NCBI GenBank assembly: GCA_944332225.1
Contig: CALVJO010000005.1
Span: 1-60,432, forward strand
Length of the DNA stretch: 60,432 bases
Direction of reading: 5' to 3'
Origin: an uncultured Bacilli bacterium
GTDB taxonomy: Bacteria > Bacillota_I > Bacilli_A > RFN20 > CAG-449
The notes below the pieces were generated by a model. The model did no database searches and was not told the origin of the DNA. It saw only the letters and a program-made list of their open reading frames with translations. The position numbers and the translations under genes are program-made. Every line of letters starts with the position of its first letter. The stretch's first letter is position 1. This document shows, piece by piece, positions 19,949 through 30,025 of the stretch.

Positions 19949-22927
19949 ATGAAAAGAACAACGACAGTAGTTTCGCTGTCCGTAATGCTCTTTCTCGCCT
20001 CTGCTTTGGCGATTGGTAACTCAATCGCCTTTAGCTATGGTGGAATTCTCGATTCATTCTTCTCTTCAGGAAACAATAATAGCAATACCGACAAAGTCGA
20101 TGAGGCTTTAACTGAAGGAAAGGATCTAGCTCAAGAAATTACGGAACAAGGCGATGTCTTACTTAAGAATAATGGAACATTACCTTTAGATTCATCTCAA
20201 GATTTAAGAGTCAACATCTTTGGTTGGGGAGGATCTGATAATGGATTCCTCTACCAAGGTGGAGGTTCTTCAGAAGGTGGATATTCCGCGGATAGAATCT
20301 CTTTATACGATGCTTTTAGACAAAGTGGATTCGATATCAATGAAAATCTAGCTAATGCGTATAATGCTTTATCCTATCGTAGAGAAGGTGGACCTGACCA
20401 AAATAGACACGATATTTATTATAGAACCTATGAGCCAGGACAAGATTTCTATGATGATAATTTGAAAGATGCCTTAAACTTCTCAGATACCGCGGTTGTG
20501 GTCTTATCTAGAAGAGCAACTGAAGGTGATGATTTACCTAAGGTTAGCTATGATGAATCAGGTAACGCAGATGAAACAAGAAACTATCTTTCTTTAACTG
20601 CTAAAGAAGAGTTAATGATGGATGTAATCACTGAAAACTTTGAAAACGTTATCGTTTTAATTAATTCATCGGCTCCAATGGAGATGGGATTCTTAGATAA
20701 CGATAAAGTCGACGCGGCTATGTATATCGGTTATCCAGGATATTATGGTGCTGTTGCAGTTCCAAAAATCCTTTCCGGCGCGGTTAATCCATCTGGTCAT
20801 TTAACTGATACAGCAGCTTATGAGCTTGAATCAGCTCCTAGCTATTTAAATTCAGGTCCTGATGCTTCAATAGTTTACGGAGGTAGAGGTGGCCGTTATA
20901 AAGACTATGCAGAAGATATCTATGTAGGTTATAAATGGTATGAAACAGCAGATGCTGAAGGATACTTTGATAACGAAACAAGAGATTCCTATGGTAAACA
21001 ATTAACAGGATATGATGCTGTAGTCCAATTCCCTCTTGGATTTGGTTTATCATATACTACATTTGATTGGACTCTTGATGCGATTACTGTTAAAAACGAT
21101 ACAAAGACTGTTGATATCTCTAAAGATAGAAACTATCAATTAAAAGAAACTGACGTCTTAACTTTCCAAGTTTGGGTGGAAAATACTGGCGATGTTCCAG
21201 GAAGAGATGTCGTTCAAATTTATTCTAACCCTCCTTATACTCCAGGTGGAATTGAAAAAGCAGCTCAAAACTTAGTAGCTTTTGAAAAGACTGGCTTATT
21301 ACCTCCTGGTGAAGGACAACAACTTCAATTAGAAGTTAAAGTTACTGATTTAGCTTCTTACGATACTTACGATAAGAATAACAATGCGTTCATGGGCTAT
21401 GAATTAGATGAAGGTGCTTATACTTTCTCTATTAGAACTGACGCGCATACTGTTAAAGTCGATAGCGATCCATTAAACGGCGGAGACATGAATTATACAT
21501 TCTATGTTCCAACCGGCGGATATCAAATCGAAAATGATCCAGTAACTAATTATCCAGTTGAAAATCGTTTCACAAATTACACGAATAATGAATCTGGGGC
21601 TAGCTCAACCTCTCAAGAAACTCAAAATTATTATAATGTTTCTATCGATGGTCACGATTCTAACCCAGCATATGATCAAGATATCACTTATTTAACTAGA
21701 GAAGACTTTGAAGGAACTTTCCCTTCACAAAGAACTGAAACTAGAATTATGTCTGATGAGATGTACAATAATGTCTTCTTAGTACATGCTCCATTTAATA
21801 ATTCTGCCGATGAAATGCCAGCAACTGGTAAGACATTTGAAAAAACAATTACAATTGATGATGTTCGTGGATTAGATTATGATGATTCTTTATGGGATGA
21901 TTTAATCTCTCAATTAACAGTTGAAGAATTACAATATCTTTCCGCGCAGGGTGGATTTGGTACTTACGCGATTACTAGAATTAATAAAGGCCACTGCGTT
22001 GACTCTGATGGAGGAACTGGCTTCACAAACGGAGTTGTTACTTCTGGTGGATTACACGCGATTAAATATCCAGCAGCTAACATTTTAGCGTCAACATGGG
22101 ATGTTGATGAAGCTTATAAATGGGGACACGCGATTGGAACCGAAGGTCAAGCTTTAGGTATCCAAGGTTGGTATGCTCCTGGATGTAACGTTCATAGATC
22201 TCCTTTAGGTGGTAGAAATTTTGAATACTTCTCAGAAGATGGATTCATGTGTGGTAAATTCGTTGCTAACACAGTTAAAGCATGTACTGAAAACGCTGTT
22301 TATGCCTATATGAAACACTTTGCCGCGAACGATACTGATGAAGGTAGAAACGGTCAATTCATCTATATGACTGAACAATCTTTAAGAGAAATTTGGGCAA
22401 AACCAGGTGAAGTTGCCACGAAAGAAGGTAAAGCAAATGCGATGATGGTTTCAGTTGATAGAATTGGAGCAACTAGAGCAACTGGAAGCTATGCTTTATT
22501 AACCGACTTATTAAGAAATGAATGGGGCTTTAGAGGAAGCACGATCACTGACTACTATCAAGGTGGTAATGTTAACGATCTTGATGAAGGAATTAGAGTT
22601 GGTAATGACTTAGCCTTAATGCCAAACGGTGGAAGAAACTTATTCGATGATTGGCAAAATCCATCCGCGACATCAGTTATAGCCTTACAAAATGCCGCGC
22701 ATAATATTCTCTATACCTATGCTGATACTCTTGAGAGAACTGCAAACTTCTCAGGCGTTGATTTAGGTGATGAAATCGGTAACAGAGAAAATGATACTTC
22801 TGGTAGATGGTGGAGATATCTCCTCTACTCAATTGATGCAGTAGTTGGAGTTGGATTCGCCGGATGGGCAACTGCCTGTATCTACTTAACTTGGTTTAAA
22901 AGCAAGAAGAGAAGAGAGGAGGACTAA
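19949..22927 (+). CDS. membrane-anchored GH3 beta-glycosidase, inverted domain order (GH3_C-Fn3-GH3_N)
   Basis: VLLKN, NPSGHL.DT, YAEDIYVGYKWYET, DVVQIY, then GRNFEYFSED, KHFAAND and LLRNEWGFRG..ITDY (nucleophile Asp); N- and C-terminal TM. Confidence 0.92.
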   Translation: MKRTTTVVSLSVMLFLASALAIGNSIAFSYGGILDSFFSSGNNNSNTDKVDEALTEGKDLAQEITEQGDVLLKNNGTLPLDSSQDLRVNIFGWGGSDNGFLYQGGGSSEGGYSADRISLYDAFRQSGFDINENLANAYNALSYRREGGPDQNRHDIYYRTYEPGQDFYDDNLKDALNFSDTAVVVLSRRATEGDDLPKVSYDESGNADETRNYLSLTAKEELMMDVITENFENVIVLINSSAPMEMGFLDNDKVDAAMYIGYPGYYGAVAVPKILSGAVNPSGHLTDTAAYELESAPSYLNSGPDASIVYGGRGGRYKDYAEDIYVGYKWYETADAEGYFDNETRDSYGKQLTGYDAVVQFPLGFGLSYTTFDWTLDAITVKNDTKTVDISKDRNYQLKETDVLTFQVWVENTGDVPGRDVVQIYSNPPYTPGGIEKAAQNLVAFEKTGLLPPGEGQQLQLEVKVTDLASYDTYDKNNNAFMGYELDEGAYTFSIRTDAHTVKVDSDPLNGGDMNYTFYVPTGGYQIENDPVTNYPVENRFTNYTNNESGASSTSQETQNYYNVSIDGHDSNPAYDQDITYLTREDFEGTFPSQRTETRIMSDEMYNNVFLVHAPFNNSADEMPATGKTFEKTITIDDVRGLDYDDSLWDDLISQLTVEELQYLSAQGGFGTYAITRINKGHCVDSDGGTGFTNGVVTSGGLHAIKYPAANILASTWDVDEAYKWGHAIGTEGQALGIQGWYAPGCNVHRSPLGGRNFEYFSEDGFMCGKFVANTVKACTENAVYAYMKHFAANDTDEGRNGQFIYMTEQSLREIWAKPGEVATKEGKANAMMVSVDRIGATRATGSYALLTDLLRNEWGFRGSTITDYYQGGNVNDLDEGIRVGNDLALMPNGGRNLFDDWQNPSATSVIALQNAAHNILYTYADTLERTANFSGVDLGDEIGNRENDTSGRWWRYLLYSIDAVVGVGFAGWATACIYLTWFKSKKRREED

Positions 22928-22929
22928 TT

Positions 22930-23457
22930 ATGAAATCTTTAGGAGAAAACATTAAATTAGCCATTCTCGAAGGTTGTTCGATAATCTCTGGAATTCTTGC
23001 CTTAATCTTCGTGTTTATTCCTGCTTACTTTGAAGATGGACGCGCGGATATGACAACATTCCAAATTATGTTAGGCGATGATAGATTAGATGGATCACCA
23101 TTGATTGTTCTTGGCTTCGTATGCTTGATTCTTGGAATTATCGCTTCAGGAGTTTTACTTGCATTGCTTCTTCTTAAAAAGAGCAATCCTCTCACGACGA
23201 CATTAATTTCAATTGGAAGTATTGTCTTAACCTTAATTGGAGGAGTAATCCTTACTTGTTCAATCTTTATTGTTGGACTTGATACTCTCAACAGCGAACT
23301 TGGATTAGTTCAAGGAAGCTGGGGCTTTAGAGCTGGGTTCTTCTTGATTCCTATCTTTAGTCTCATATCAATTGGATTATCATATCCTTCAGCTATGATT
23401 ATTCTTCATCATCAAGATTTACGTGATGCAGGAAAGTTAGAATCACAAGCTAATTAA
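22930..23457 (+). CDS. four-TM membrane protein co-transcribed with the GH3 gene
   Basis: GAGGAGG SD, 2 nt after the GH3 stop; four hydrophobic segments. Confidence 0.75.
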   Translation: MKSLGENIKLAILEGCSIISGILALIFVFIPAYFEDGRADMTTFQIMLGDDRLDGSPLIVLGFVCLILGIIASGVLLALLLLKKSNPLTTTLISIGSIVLTLIGGVILTCSIFIVGLDTLNSELGLVQGSWGFRAGFFLIPIFSLISIGLSYPSAMIILHHQDLRDAGKLESQAN

Positions 23458-23468
23458 ATAATTAAATT

Positions 23469-23513
23469 AAAAAGAGCTATTATTAACCATTGGCTATAAG
23501 TAGCTCTTTTTTT
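23469..23513. terminator. intrinsic terminator of the glycan operon
   Basis: AAAAAGAGCTAT...GTAGCTCTTTTTTT stem with T-tract. Confidence 0.75.
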
Positions 23514-23535
23514 CTTAAAATATATTTTGCTTAAC

Positions 23536-23922
23536 TTATCCTACAAGATAGGTATTAAGATTCGTGTAGATTACTTTATAAAGGAATGAATAATTTAAAG
23601 CTAGGATAATAGCAAAAGAAGTGAGAACATATTTGTTTTTCTTATAGTTAAGAATAATCAAAACAATATCTAATACCATTAAAAACAAAATTATAGAGGA
23701 GCAAACTAATGAAATCGTTCCAATAGGAATTCTTATAAAATTTTCGATTTTTTAGTTGTAAAATACGTATTCAGTATCATAAAAATACCAAGGTTTAGGA
23801 CCTCTAAAACCATTGTAATATCTAATAGGTAATGTTAATAACAAAATTGGAATAAGAGATATTATGATAAGTACTATATAGGCTATTAATTGATTTCTAT
23901 TTAATCTTTTCAAAACTTCCAT
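23536..23922 (-). pseudogene. small three-TM membrane protein gene with an in-frame TAA
   Basis: AAGGAGG SD, ATG 23922, 56 codons (MEVLKRLNRNQLIAYIVL...), TAA at 23752-23754, then the same frame stays open and hydrophobic to TAA 23536. Confidence 0.6.
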
Positions 23923-23932
23923 ACCATCCTCC

Positions 23933-24280
23933 TTAGAATATTACCCATACCACGAACGTGAAGATGAATATTGATAGATTCGTTATATAAAAAGAGTATG
24001 GTAATCCCTTTTTTCTAATTGATTGAATAATTAAAGAACTTAATCCAAGGACACCTACTAAACTTAAACTAATTAAGGTAACGTTATTTTTAAAAATAAA
24101 TAAAGGTATCTGAGGTACAAGATGAAGATAAATGTATAAATAGGAATAAGTTTGATTTGGATCGCCGAAAGAAGACTCCCTAAAAGGGATGTGGAGATAG
24201 ATAATATACGAGATAAAGAAAATTAATTCTAAAATGGAAAGATAATTAATCTTTAAATAATCTAAAAACTTTTTAATAAT
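23933..24280 (-). pseudogene. 116-codon membrane ORF lacking a canonical start (ATT start or lost ATG)
   Basis: AGGAGG SD followed by ATT ATT AAA AAG; frame (IKKFLDYLKINYLSILELIFF...VVWVIF) is open to TAA 23933, overlapping the next gene's SD. Confidence 0.55.
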
Positions 24281-24375
24281 AATATCCTCCTGTTTTTCTT
24301 CTTTATAATACTAAAATAAAAATAACGAAAGATAATGTAAAGAAAAAAGTAAAATAGCAATTAAAAATATAATAA

Positions 24376-24834
24376 TTGCAAGATATAGTAAATAGTATCT
24401 TTGGAAGTTTAATTGCTTAAAATAAATCAAAAAATATCGATGATTTTATTCAAAAGACATATGATTATTTTAAAAAGAAATTAACTCCTTTTGACCATGA
24501 AGAATTACCTTTATATAAGCAAATTTATAAACGCGAAAAAGAAATAATAGATATCATTAAACAAGTAAGCAAATCATCAAGAGATTATTATGTTTATAGC
24601 GATCATGTATATCGATCAATAAAATATTCTCCTGTTGATGGAGTTATCTCATTTATTGATGAATACCAAAAATCAGAATCTTTTTCTCTCCCTAATTGGG
24701 ATTCATATCTTGATAATTACATCATTAATTATCTAATTAAATGCAACCTTGATTATAGAATATTTGTCTATTCAAAAGATGAGCTTGATAAATATCGTAT
24801 CGTTAATTTAAAAGAAGAATTAGAATTAATTTAA
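24376..24834 (+). pseudogene. gene remnant: TTG start, TAA at codon 15, then 137 open codons
   Basis: MQDIVNSIFGSLIA*NKSKNIDDFIQKTYDYF...EELELI*; long open frame with no internal start codon. Confidence 0.45.
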
Positions 24835-24947
24835 TCACGGTTTTTGCGGTAAATAATTTAATTAAGGCTAATCTTAAAAAGTGACTATATCACTAGATGG
24901 AATGAAGAAATTATGGTAAAATTCAAAATCAAGGACAAGGATTTTTC

Positions 24948-25649
24948 ATGATTAAAGTAGCAATAATTGAAGATGAAAAAAATGAACAAGAACACATCAA
25001 ACAACTCTTAAATTCAAACGGGGGGGGGTATCACTACCTTCTTTCGTTCTTCGATAACGGAAATCAATTCTTCTTTGATTTTCAATATGGTCTCTTTGAT
25101 TTAATTTTGATGGATATCGATCTAAAAGATCGAGAGAATGGAATTCAAATATCGATGCGACTACGCGAAATTGATCCAGATGTTTGCTTAGTATTTATTA
25201 CTAATTTAGCCCAATATGCGATTCAAGGATATCGTGTTAATGCTTTTGATTATATCGTTAAACCGATTAATGAATATGATTTTAATCAGAGAATTGCCTC
25301 AATCAGCAAAATGATTGAAGAGAGGAAAAAAGAAAAAATATTAATCTCTAATGATGGGGCTAAAGTCGCTATAGCGATTAAAGATATCTATTATGTTGAG
25401 GTTGCTAATCATTCTTTGATCTATCATACTTCAAAAGGTGATTTTAAAACTTATGGATCTTTAAAAGAGGTAGTTAAAGATTTTAAAGATAGAAACTTTT
25501 CTTTATGTAATTCTTGCTTTTTAGTCAACCTTGAATACGTGGAACGAATTCAAGGATTCTCAGTTTTTGTAAAAGGACATGAACTTTTAATCTCTCATCC
25601 TAAAAAGAAGAGTTTTTTAGAGAGTTTAAATATCTTTTTAGGTAAGTGA
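24948..25649 (+). CDS. LytTR family response regulator
   Basis: IIEDE, LMDI phosphoacceptor, VFIT, AFDYIVKP receiver motifs; IYYVE...NSCFLVNL LytTR domain. Confidence 0.93.
   Translation: MIKVAIIEDEKNEQEHIKQLLNSNGGGYHYLLSFFDNGNQFFFDFQYGLFDLILMDIDLKDRENGIQISMRLREIDPDVCLVFITNLAQYAIQGYRVNAFDYIVKPINEYDFNQRIASISKMIEERKKEKILISNDGAKVAIAIKDIYYVEVANHSLIYHTSKGDFKTYGSLKEVVKDFKDRNFSLCNSCFLVNLEYVERIQGFSVFVKGHELLISHPKKKSFLESLNIFLGK
25020..25028 (+). repeat. G9 homopolymer inside the response regulator CDS
   Basis: aaacGGGGGGGGGta, currently in frame (Gly-Gly-Gly). Confidence 0.9.
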
Positions 25650-27010
25650 TTATGGATAAATTATACCCAATTAACGGATTGTTCTTTTATCGATTAATTT
25701 TCATGGCTCTTTTGATCTTAGGTGAGGCTATCTTTTGTTATAAATTAGCTAAAAAAGATCATTTTGCTATTAGATTAACTATAGGAATAATCGCTTGCTT
25801 CATATTTGCTTTAGCTTTCCCTATTCCAACATCTAATGATTTTTATTCGATGATGATGTTCTTTTGTATGTTTGCTTTTACTTATCTAGTTAGCTTATTT
25901 TTATTTAAAGCTGATAAGATGATGATTCTATTTTGTTTGATATGTGGATACACAATTGAGCATATCGCTTATGAATTATATCTTTGCTTAACTTCTTTTA
26001 TAGTTGCAGGTGATTCTAAGTTTGGAGGCTTATATAACTACGATAGTTTAAAATTATTTGATGGAAATTTAGATTTAGTTCTTTGGATTGTTTCCTATAT
26101 CAATATCTATTGGATTATGTTAGTTACCTTCGCGCATAAGATAGAAAAAGGAAGAGTCTTTGAAAAATTAGGAGGAGGAAGAGCTTTAGCTATTGGAACC
26201 TTCTTTATAATCATCGATATCGTAATCAACAGCGTGGTGTCTTTCTATTCATCAATTCATTATGAGAGAATCTTTGTTGGTCTCGTCGCTTTAGTGAATA
26301 TGATTTGCTGTGTCATCGGGATATCGTTTATCTTTGAAATGTATTATTTAGGAAACATGAGACGAGAGTATTCAATCATTAGAGAGATTAGAAATGCTGA
26401 AAAAGATCAATATCAATTATCTAAAGAAACCATCGATATGATTAATATTAAATGCCATGATTTTAGGCATCAAATCGTCAAATTTGGTAAAGAACAAAAT
26501 ATTAATGATGAAGCGATTAAGAGTATAAATAATTTGATTGATATCTATGATTCATCAATTAAAACCACGAATAATGCATTGAACGTCATTCTTTCTGAAA
26601 AATCATTAATTTGTTTAAAATATGATATCGTCTTTTCATGCATTGTTAATGGAGACTTATTATCTTTTATGCAAGAAGAAGATATTTATTCTCTCTTTGG
26701 AAATATTTTAGATAATGCAATTGACGCGGTTAAAGATTTAAAAAAAGAACAGAAGACCATTAGATTAAAAATTAAATCGGTAGGTAATATAATCTCAATT
26801 TCTTCAAAGAATTTCTATGACCAAGAATTAACTATTGAAAATGGCTTACCTAAATCGAATAAAGGTGATTCTAACTATCATGGATTCGGTTTAAAATCAG
26901 TAAGATCAATCGCTGAAAAATATAATGGAAGCATGAATATTACTACAGAAAATAATGTCTTTGAAATCACCTTGATGTTTATTCAAGATGATATTAATAA
27001 ATCTAATTGA
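25646..27010 (+). CDS. AgrC/VirS-type GHKL sensor histidine kinase
   Basis: Multi-TM N-terminus, KCHDFRHQ H-box, LFGNILDNAIDA, HGFGLKS..IAEKYNG. Confidence 0.92.
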   Translation: MIMDKLYPINGLFFYRLIFMALLILGEAIFCYKLAKKDHFAIRLTIGIIACFIFALAFPIPTSNDFYSMMMFFCMFAFTYLVSLFLFKADKMMILFCLICGYTIEHIAYELYLCLTSFIVAGDSKFGGLYNYDSLKLFDGNLDLVLWIVSYINIYWIMLVTFAHKIEKGRVFEKLGGGRALAIGTFFIIIDIVINSVVSFYSSIHYERIFVGLVALVNMICCVIGISFIFEMYYLGNMRREYSIIREIRNAEKDQYQLSKETIDMINIKCHDFRHQIVKFGKEQNINDEAIKSINNLIDIYDSSIKTTNNALNVILSEKSLICLKYDIVFSCIVNGDLLSFMQEEDIYSLFGNILDNAIDAVKDLKKEQKTIRLKIKSVGNIISISSKNFYDQELTIENGLPKSNKGDSNYHGFGLKSVRSIAEKYNGSMNITTENNVFEITLMFIQDDINKSN

Positions 27011-27028
27011 TTCTATTGTTAATAAATT

Positions 27029-27056
27029 AAAAATGATGGAGTAATCCATCATTTTT
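27029..27056. terminator. bidirectional intrinsic terminator
   Basis: AAAAATGATGGA-GTAA-TCCATCATTTTT perfect hairpin between convergent operons. Confidence 0.85.
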
Positions 27057-27075
27057 AGGTTTTATAGGGAAGAAT

Positions 27076-27246
27076 TTAGTGCTTAGGATATTTTTTATAA
27101 TATTCTTTAAGCAATTTATTACCATTCATCTTAGAGCAGCAACAGCTTATAGATTCGCCTTTTTTCTTCTTGCTAATAAGATGATAGATAACTAGTGAGA
27201 CAATTAATGCTGTGATGATGATAATTAATATATCAATTAATTGCAT
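27076..27246 (-). CDS. FeoB-associated Cys-rich membrane protein (56 aa, below the ORF-track cutoff)
   Basis: MQLIDILIIIITALIVSLVIYHLISKKKKGESISCCCSK...; 1 nt after the feoB stop, GAGG SD. Confidence 0.8.
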   Translation of the reverse strand: MQLIDILIIIITALIVSLVIYHLISKKKKGESISCCCSKMNGNKLLKEYYKKYPKH

Positions 27247-27247
27247 A

Positions 27248-29551
27248 TTAACCTCGATTCAATGTTAGTCTAGAGGAAGATATTTTCTTGTTATATAGAT
27301 ATATTCCAAGAATAATCAAGGCTATAGCGCCTACCCAAATAAAGGAAGTCCACCACCAAGAACCAACTGTATAGATAAGTGAAGAAACAATATAAGATAC
27401 GATAAGCCAGAAAGCGATCGTGTATTTTAAAGTTCCTTTCTTAAGTTCTGCTTTAGCAGTTGCCACCGCGGCAAAGCAAGGAATTGTTAGCATATTGAAA
27501 GCAATGAAGGAGATGAGAGCAGGAATAGTTATGTTTGTAGCCTGTACCATTGCGACAACTTCGTTAACTCCCTCTCCTTCTGCACTTCCTAATGCGACTC
27601 CAACCACCGCTGCTAACATGCCAAATGTTGCAATTACGTTTTCTTTAGCAATTAATCCGGTTATAGCCCCAACTGCGAAGACCCAACCAAAGGCTGCAAG
27701 CTGAGAACCAAATCCTAGAGGAGTGAATAATGGTTGAATTAATTTTCCAATTCCCGCGAGAATTGAATCATCAGTAGTCAATGTTCCTAAGAACTGTAAT
27801 GTTTCAGGATCATATTCTATATACTTCCAATCAAAGGTAAATGATTGTAAGAACCAAATGACAATCGTAGAAATCAAGATGATCGTGAAGGCTTTTTCAA
27901 TAAAGTGTTTTAATTTATCCCATAAGTGAATCATCAATGATTTAAATTGAGGTAAGTGATAGTTAGGTAACTCCATAATAAATGGAGCGACCTCACCTTT
28001 TAAGGTGGTTTGTTTCATGACAATTAAAGCAACAATGGCAGTTACCATACCAAGCAAATACATGCTTAAGGTGATTAAATCAGCATTTCCGACACCTAAA
28101 GTTATGATAATTGCCCCTGTACATGCTGTTAGAATCGGTAGTTTTGCTCCACATGAGAAGAAAGGAATAACTCTAATGGTCGCGATTTTTTCTTTTTCAT
28201 CTGATAGAGTTCTTGTATTTATCATCGCAGGGACCGAGCAACCAAAGCCCATGATCATTGGCATGAAGGCTCTGCCTGAAACCCCAAATTTTCTAAATAT
28301 TCTATCGAGAATAAAGGCAACTCTAGCCATGTAGCCTGTATCTTCTAAGATCGAGAAGAATAAGAATAACAATAAGATTTGAGGAACAAAGCTTAACACC
28401 GAGAATAAGCCACCTAATATTCCATCGCATACCAACGCTACTCCCCAGTTAGACGCATTCATAGAAGTTAATAAATCGCCAACTAAGGAATTTATCCAAT
28501 CTGTAAAACAGATGACTAGATTTTGTAGGATAACTCCAATAGAATTAATTCCTCCTTCAGTGAAGAATAATCCTTTAAAAGGAGTTCCTGCAAAGTTAGT
28601 AGGGAAACTTACTCCCATCGCGTTCAAATAAAGAAAATCTTCTGCGAATGTAAGATGGAATATAACAAACAAAATCGCGATAAATATTGGAATTCCTAAC
28701 CATTTATTGGTCAAGACTTTATCAATCTTATCTGATTTAGATAGCTTCTTTTTATTAGGATCTTTCTTTGAGTAGACGTTAGATAAATTAGAAGTAATAT
28801 ATTTATATCTTTCATCCGCGACCATCGCTTCTAAATCTTGAGAAGATAGATGTTCATCGTTATATTCTTTAACAAATTTATAAACATCAGGATGTTTATT
28901 AGTTTCAAGCTCATCATTTTCAATGATTTTTAAGGCATGAAATAATGGATTAGGAATATCTTGTTTCTTTAAAGATTCTGTAACCTCATTTATTAAATTC
29001 TTTAAAGGTGAATCTTTTAAGATGGTCATTCCTTCTCTTTTCTTCTTAGCAAAATCAATTGCCCTATCCATTAAAAGAGAAATATTTTCTTCCTTTAACG
29101 CGGATATTTCAACCACGGGAACCCGTAATTTATTTTCTAATTCGCGAACATTAATAGAATCGCCTTCTTTATTAACTTCATCTATCATATTTAAGGCAAT
29201 TACAACAGGTAAATCCATCTCTAATAGTTGAGAAGTTAAATAAAGATTTCTTTCTAGATTTGTCGCATCGACAATATTGATTATTAAATCGATCTTTTCA
29301 TCAATTAAGGCATTTCTAGAAATAACTTCTTCTGAAGTATAAGGAGATAAAGAGTAGATTCCAGGAAGATCTAGAATATAAACTTCTTCCTTAGTCACCT
29401 TATTCTTATAAATTCCATCTTTTTTTTCAACAGTAACTCCTGGCCAGTTACCAACATGGGCTGTTGAGCCAGTTAGAACATTAAATAAGGTAGTTTTTCC
29501 TGAATTAGGATTCCCCGCGAGGGCAAAACGCATTCTTTCTCTTTGAGCCAT
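27248..29551 (-). CDS. feoB: ferrous iron transporter B
   Basis: GNPNSGKT, VGNWPGVTVE, DLPG, LERNLYL, NMID GTPase motifs; EDTGYMAR, GFGCSVP, FIMELP. Confidence 0.97.
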   Translation of the reverse strand: MAQRERMRFALAGNPNSGKTTLFNVLTGSTAHVGNWPGVTVEKKDGIYKNKVTKEEVYILDLPGIYSLSPYTSEEVISRNALIDEKIDLIINIVDATNLERNLYLTSQLLEMDLPVVIALNMIDEVNKEGDSINVRELENKLRVPVVEISALKEENISLLMDRAIDFAKKKREGMTILKDSPLKNLINEVTESLKKQDIPNPLFHALKIIENDELETNKHPDVYKFVKEYNDEHLSSQDLEAMVADERYKYITSNLSNVYSKKDPNKKKLSKSDKIDKVLTNKWLGIPIFIAILFVIFHLTFAEDFLYLNAMGVSFPTNFAGTPFKGLFFTEGGINSIGVILQNLVICFTDWINSLVGDLLTSMNASNWGVALVCDGILGGLFSVLSFVPQILLLFLFFSILEDTGYMARVAFILDRIFRKFGVSGRAFMPMIMGFGCSVPAMINTRTLSDEKEKIATIRVIPFFSCGAKLPILTACTGAIIITLGVGNADLITLSMYLLGMVTAIVALIVMKQTTLKGEVAPFIMELPNYHLPQFKSLMIHLWDKLKHFIEKAFTIILISTIVIWFLQSFTFDWKYIEYDPETLQFLGTLTTDDSILAGIGKLIQPLFTPLGFGSQLAAFGWVFAVGAITGLIAKENVIATFGMLAAVVGVALGSAEGEGVNEVVAMVQATNITIPALISFIAFNMLTIPCFAAVATAKAELKKGTLKYTIAFWLIVSYIVSSLIYTVGSWWWTSFIWVGAIALIILGIYLYNKKISSSRLTLNRG

Positions 29552-29552
29552 A

Positions 29553-29786
29553 TTATCCCTCCAATTCCACTTCTACAAACTTAGCTTCACTTTTTCTTAA
29601 AGTTAGGCTATAGTTTCTGATTTTAACTTCTAAAGGGTCATTTAACGGAGCCTTTTTAACTAAAACAAGCTTTGCTCCAGGAGTAACTCCCATATCAAAA
29701 AGCCTCCTTCTTATTTTCCCTTCACCATAAATCTTTTTAATAGTACCTTGTTCTCCAATTTCAAATTCATCTAATAATTTAATCAT
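29553..29786 (-). CDS. feoA: ferrous iron transport protein A
   Basis: RRLFDMGVTPG...APLNDP...LTLRKSEA. Confidence 0.93.
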   Translation of the reverse strand: MIKLLDEFEIGEQGTIKKIYGEGKIRRRLFDMGVTPGAKLVLVKKAPLNDPLEVKIRNYSLTLRKSEAKFVEVELEG

Positions 29787-30014
29787 TTAAAATCCTTCTT
29801 TCGTTTTAACGTAGATTTTACTAGCTATATCCTTACTAAGAGCCAGTCTTCCATTTTTAATTAGCAAGATGACATTTCCCTTAGATGATTCTAAAAGTGT
29901 AAGCTGCTGGTCAGGAATGATCCCTAAATTCTCTAGATGCTTCTTAAGCTTCCCTTCAGATTGCACTTTGATAATAGTTAGAGGAACACCGATAGGTGCA
30001 AATATTAATGGCAT
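29787..30014 (-). CDS. feoA: ferrous iron transport protein A (second copy)
   Basis: MPL...KHLENLG..P...RLALS..IASKIYV; GGGAGG SD. Confidence 0.88.
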   Translation of the reverse strand: MPLIFAPIGVPLTIIKVQSEGKLKKHLENLGIIPDQQLTLLESSKGNVILLIKNGRLALSKDIASKIYVKTKEGF

Positions 30015-30025
30015 ATATACCTCCC

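Noticed and set aside
23536-24834. Stop-codon reassignment as an explanation of the in-frame TAA codons
   Set aside because: TAA is the dominant stop of bona fide genes throughout the window and long genes read normally in code 11
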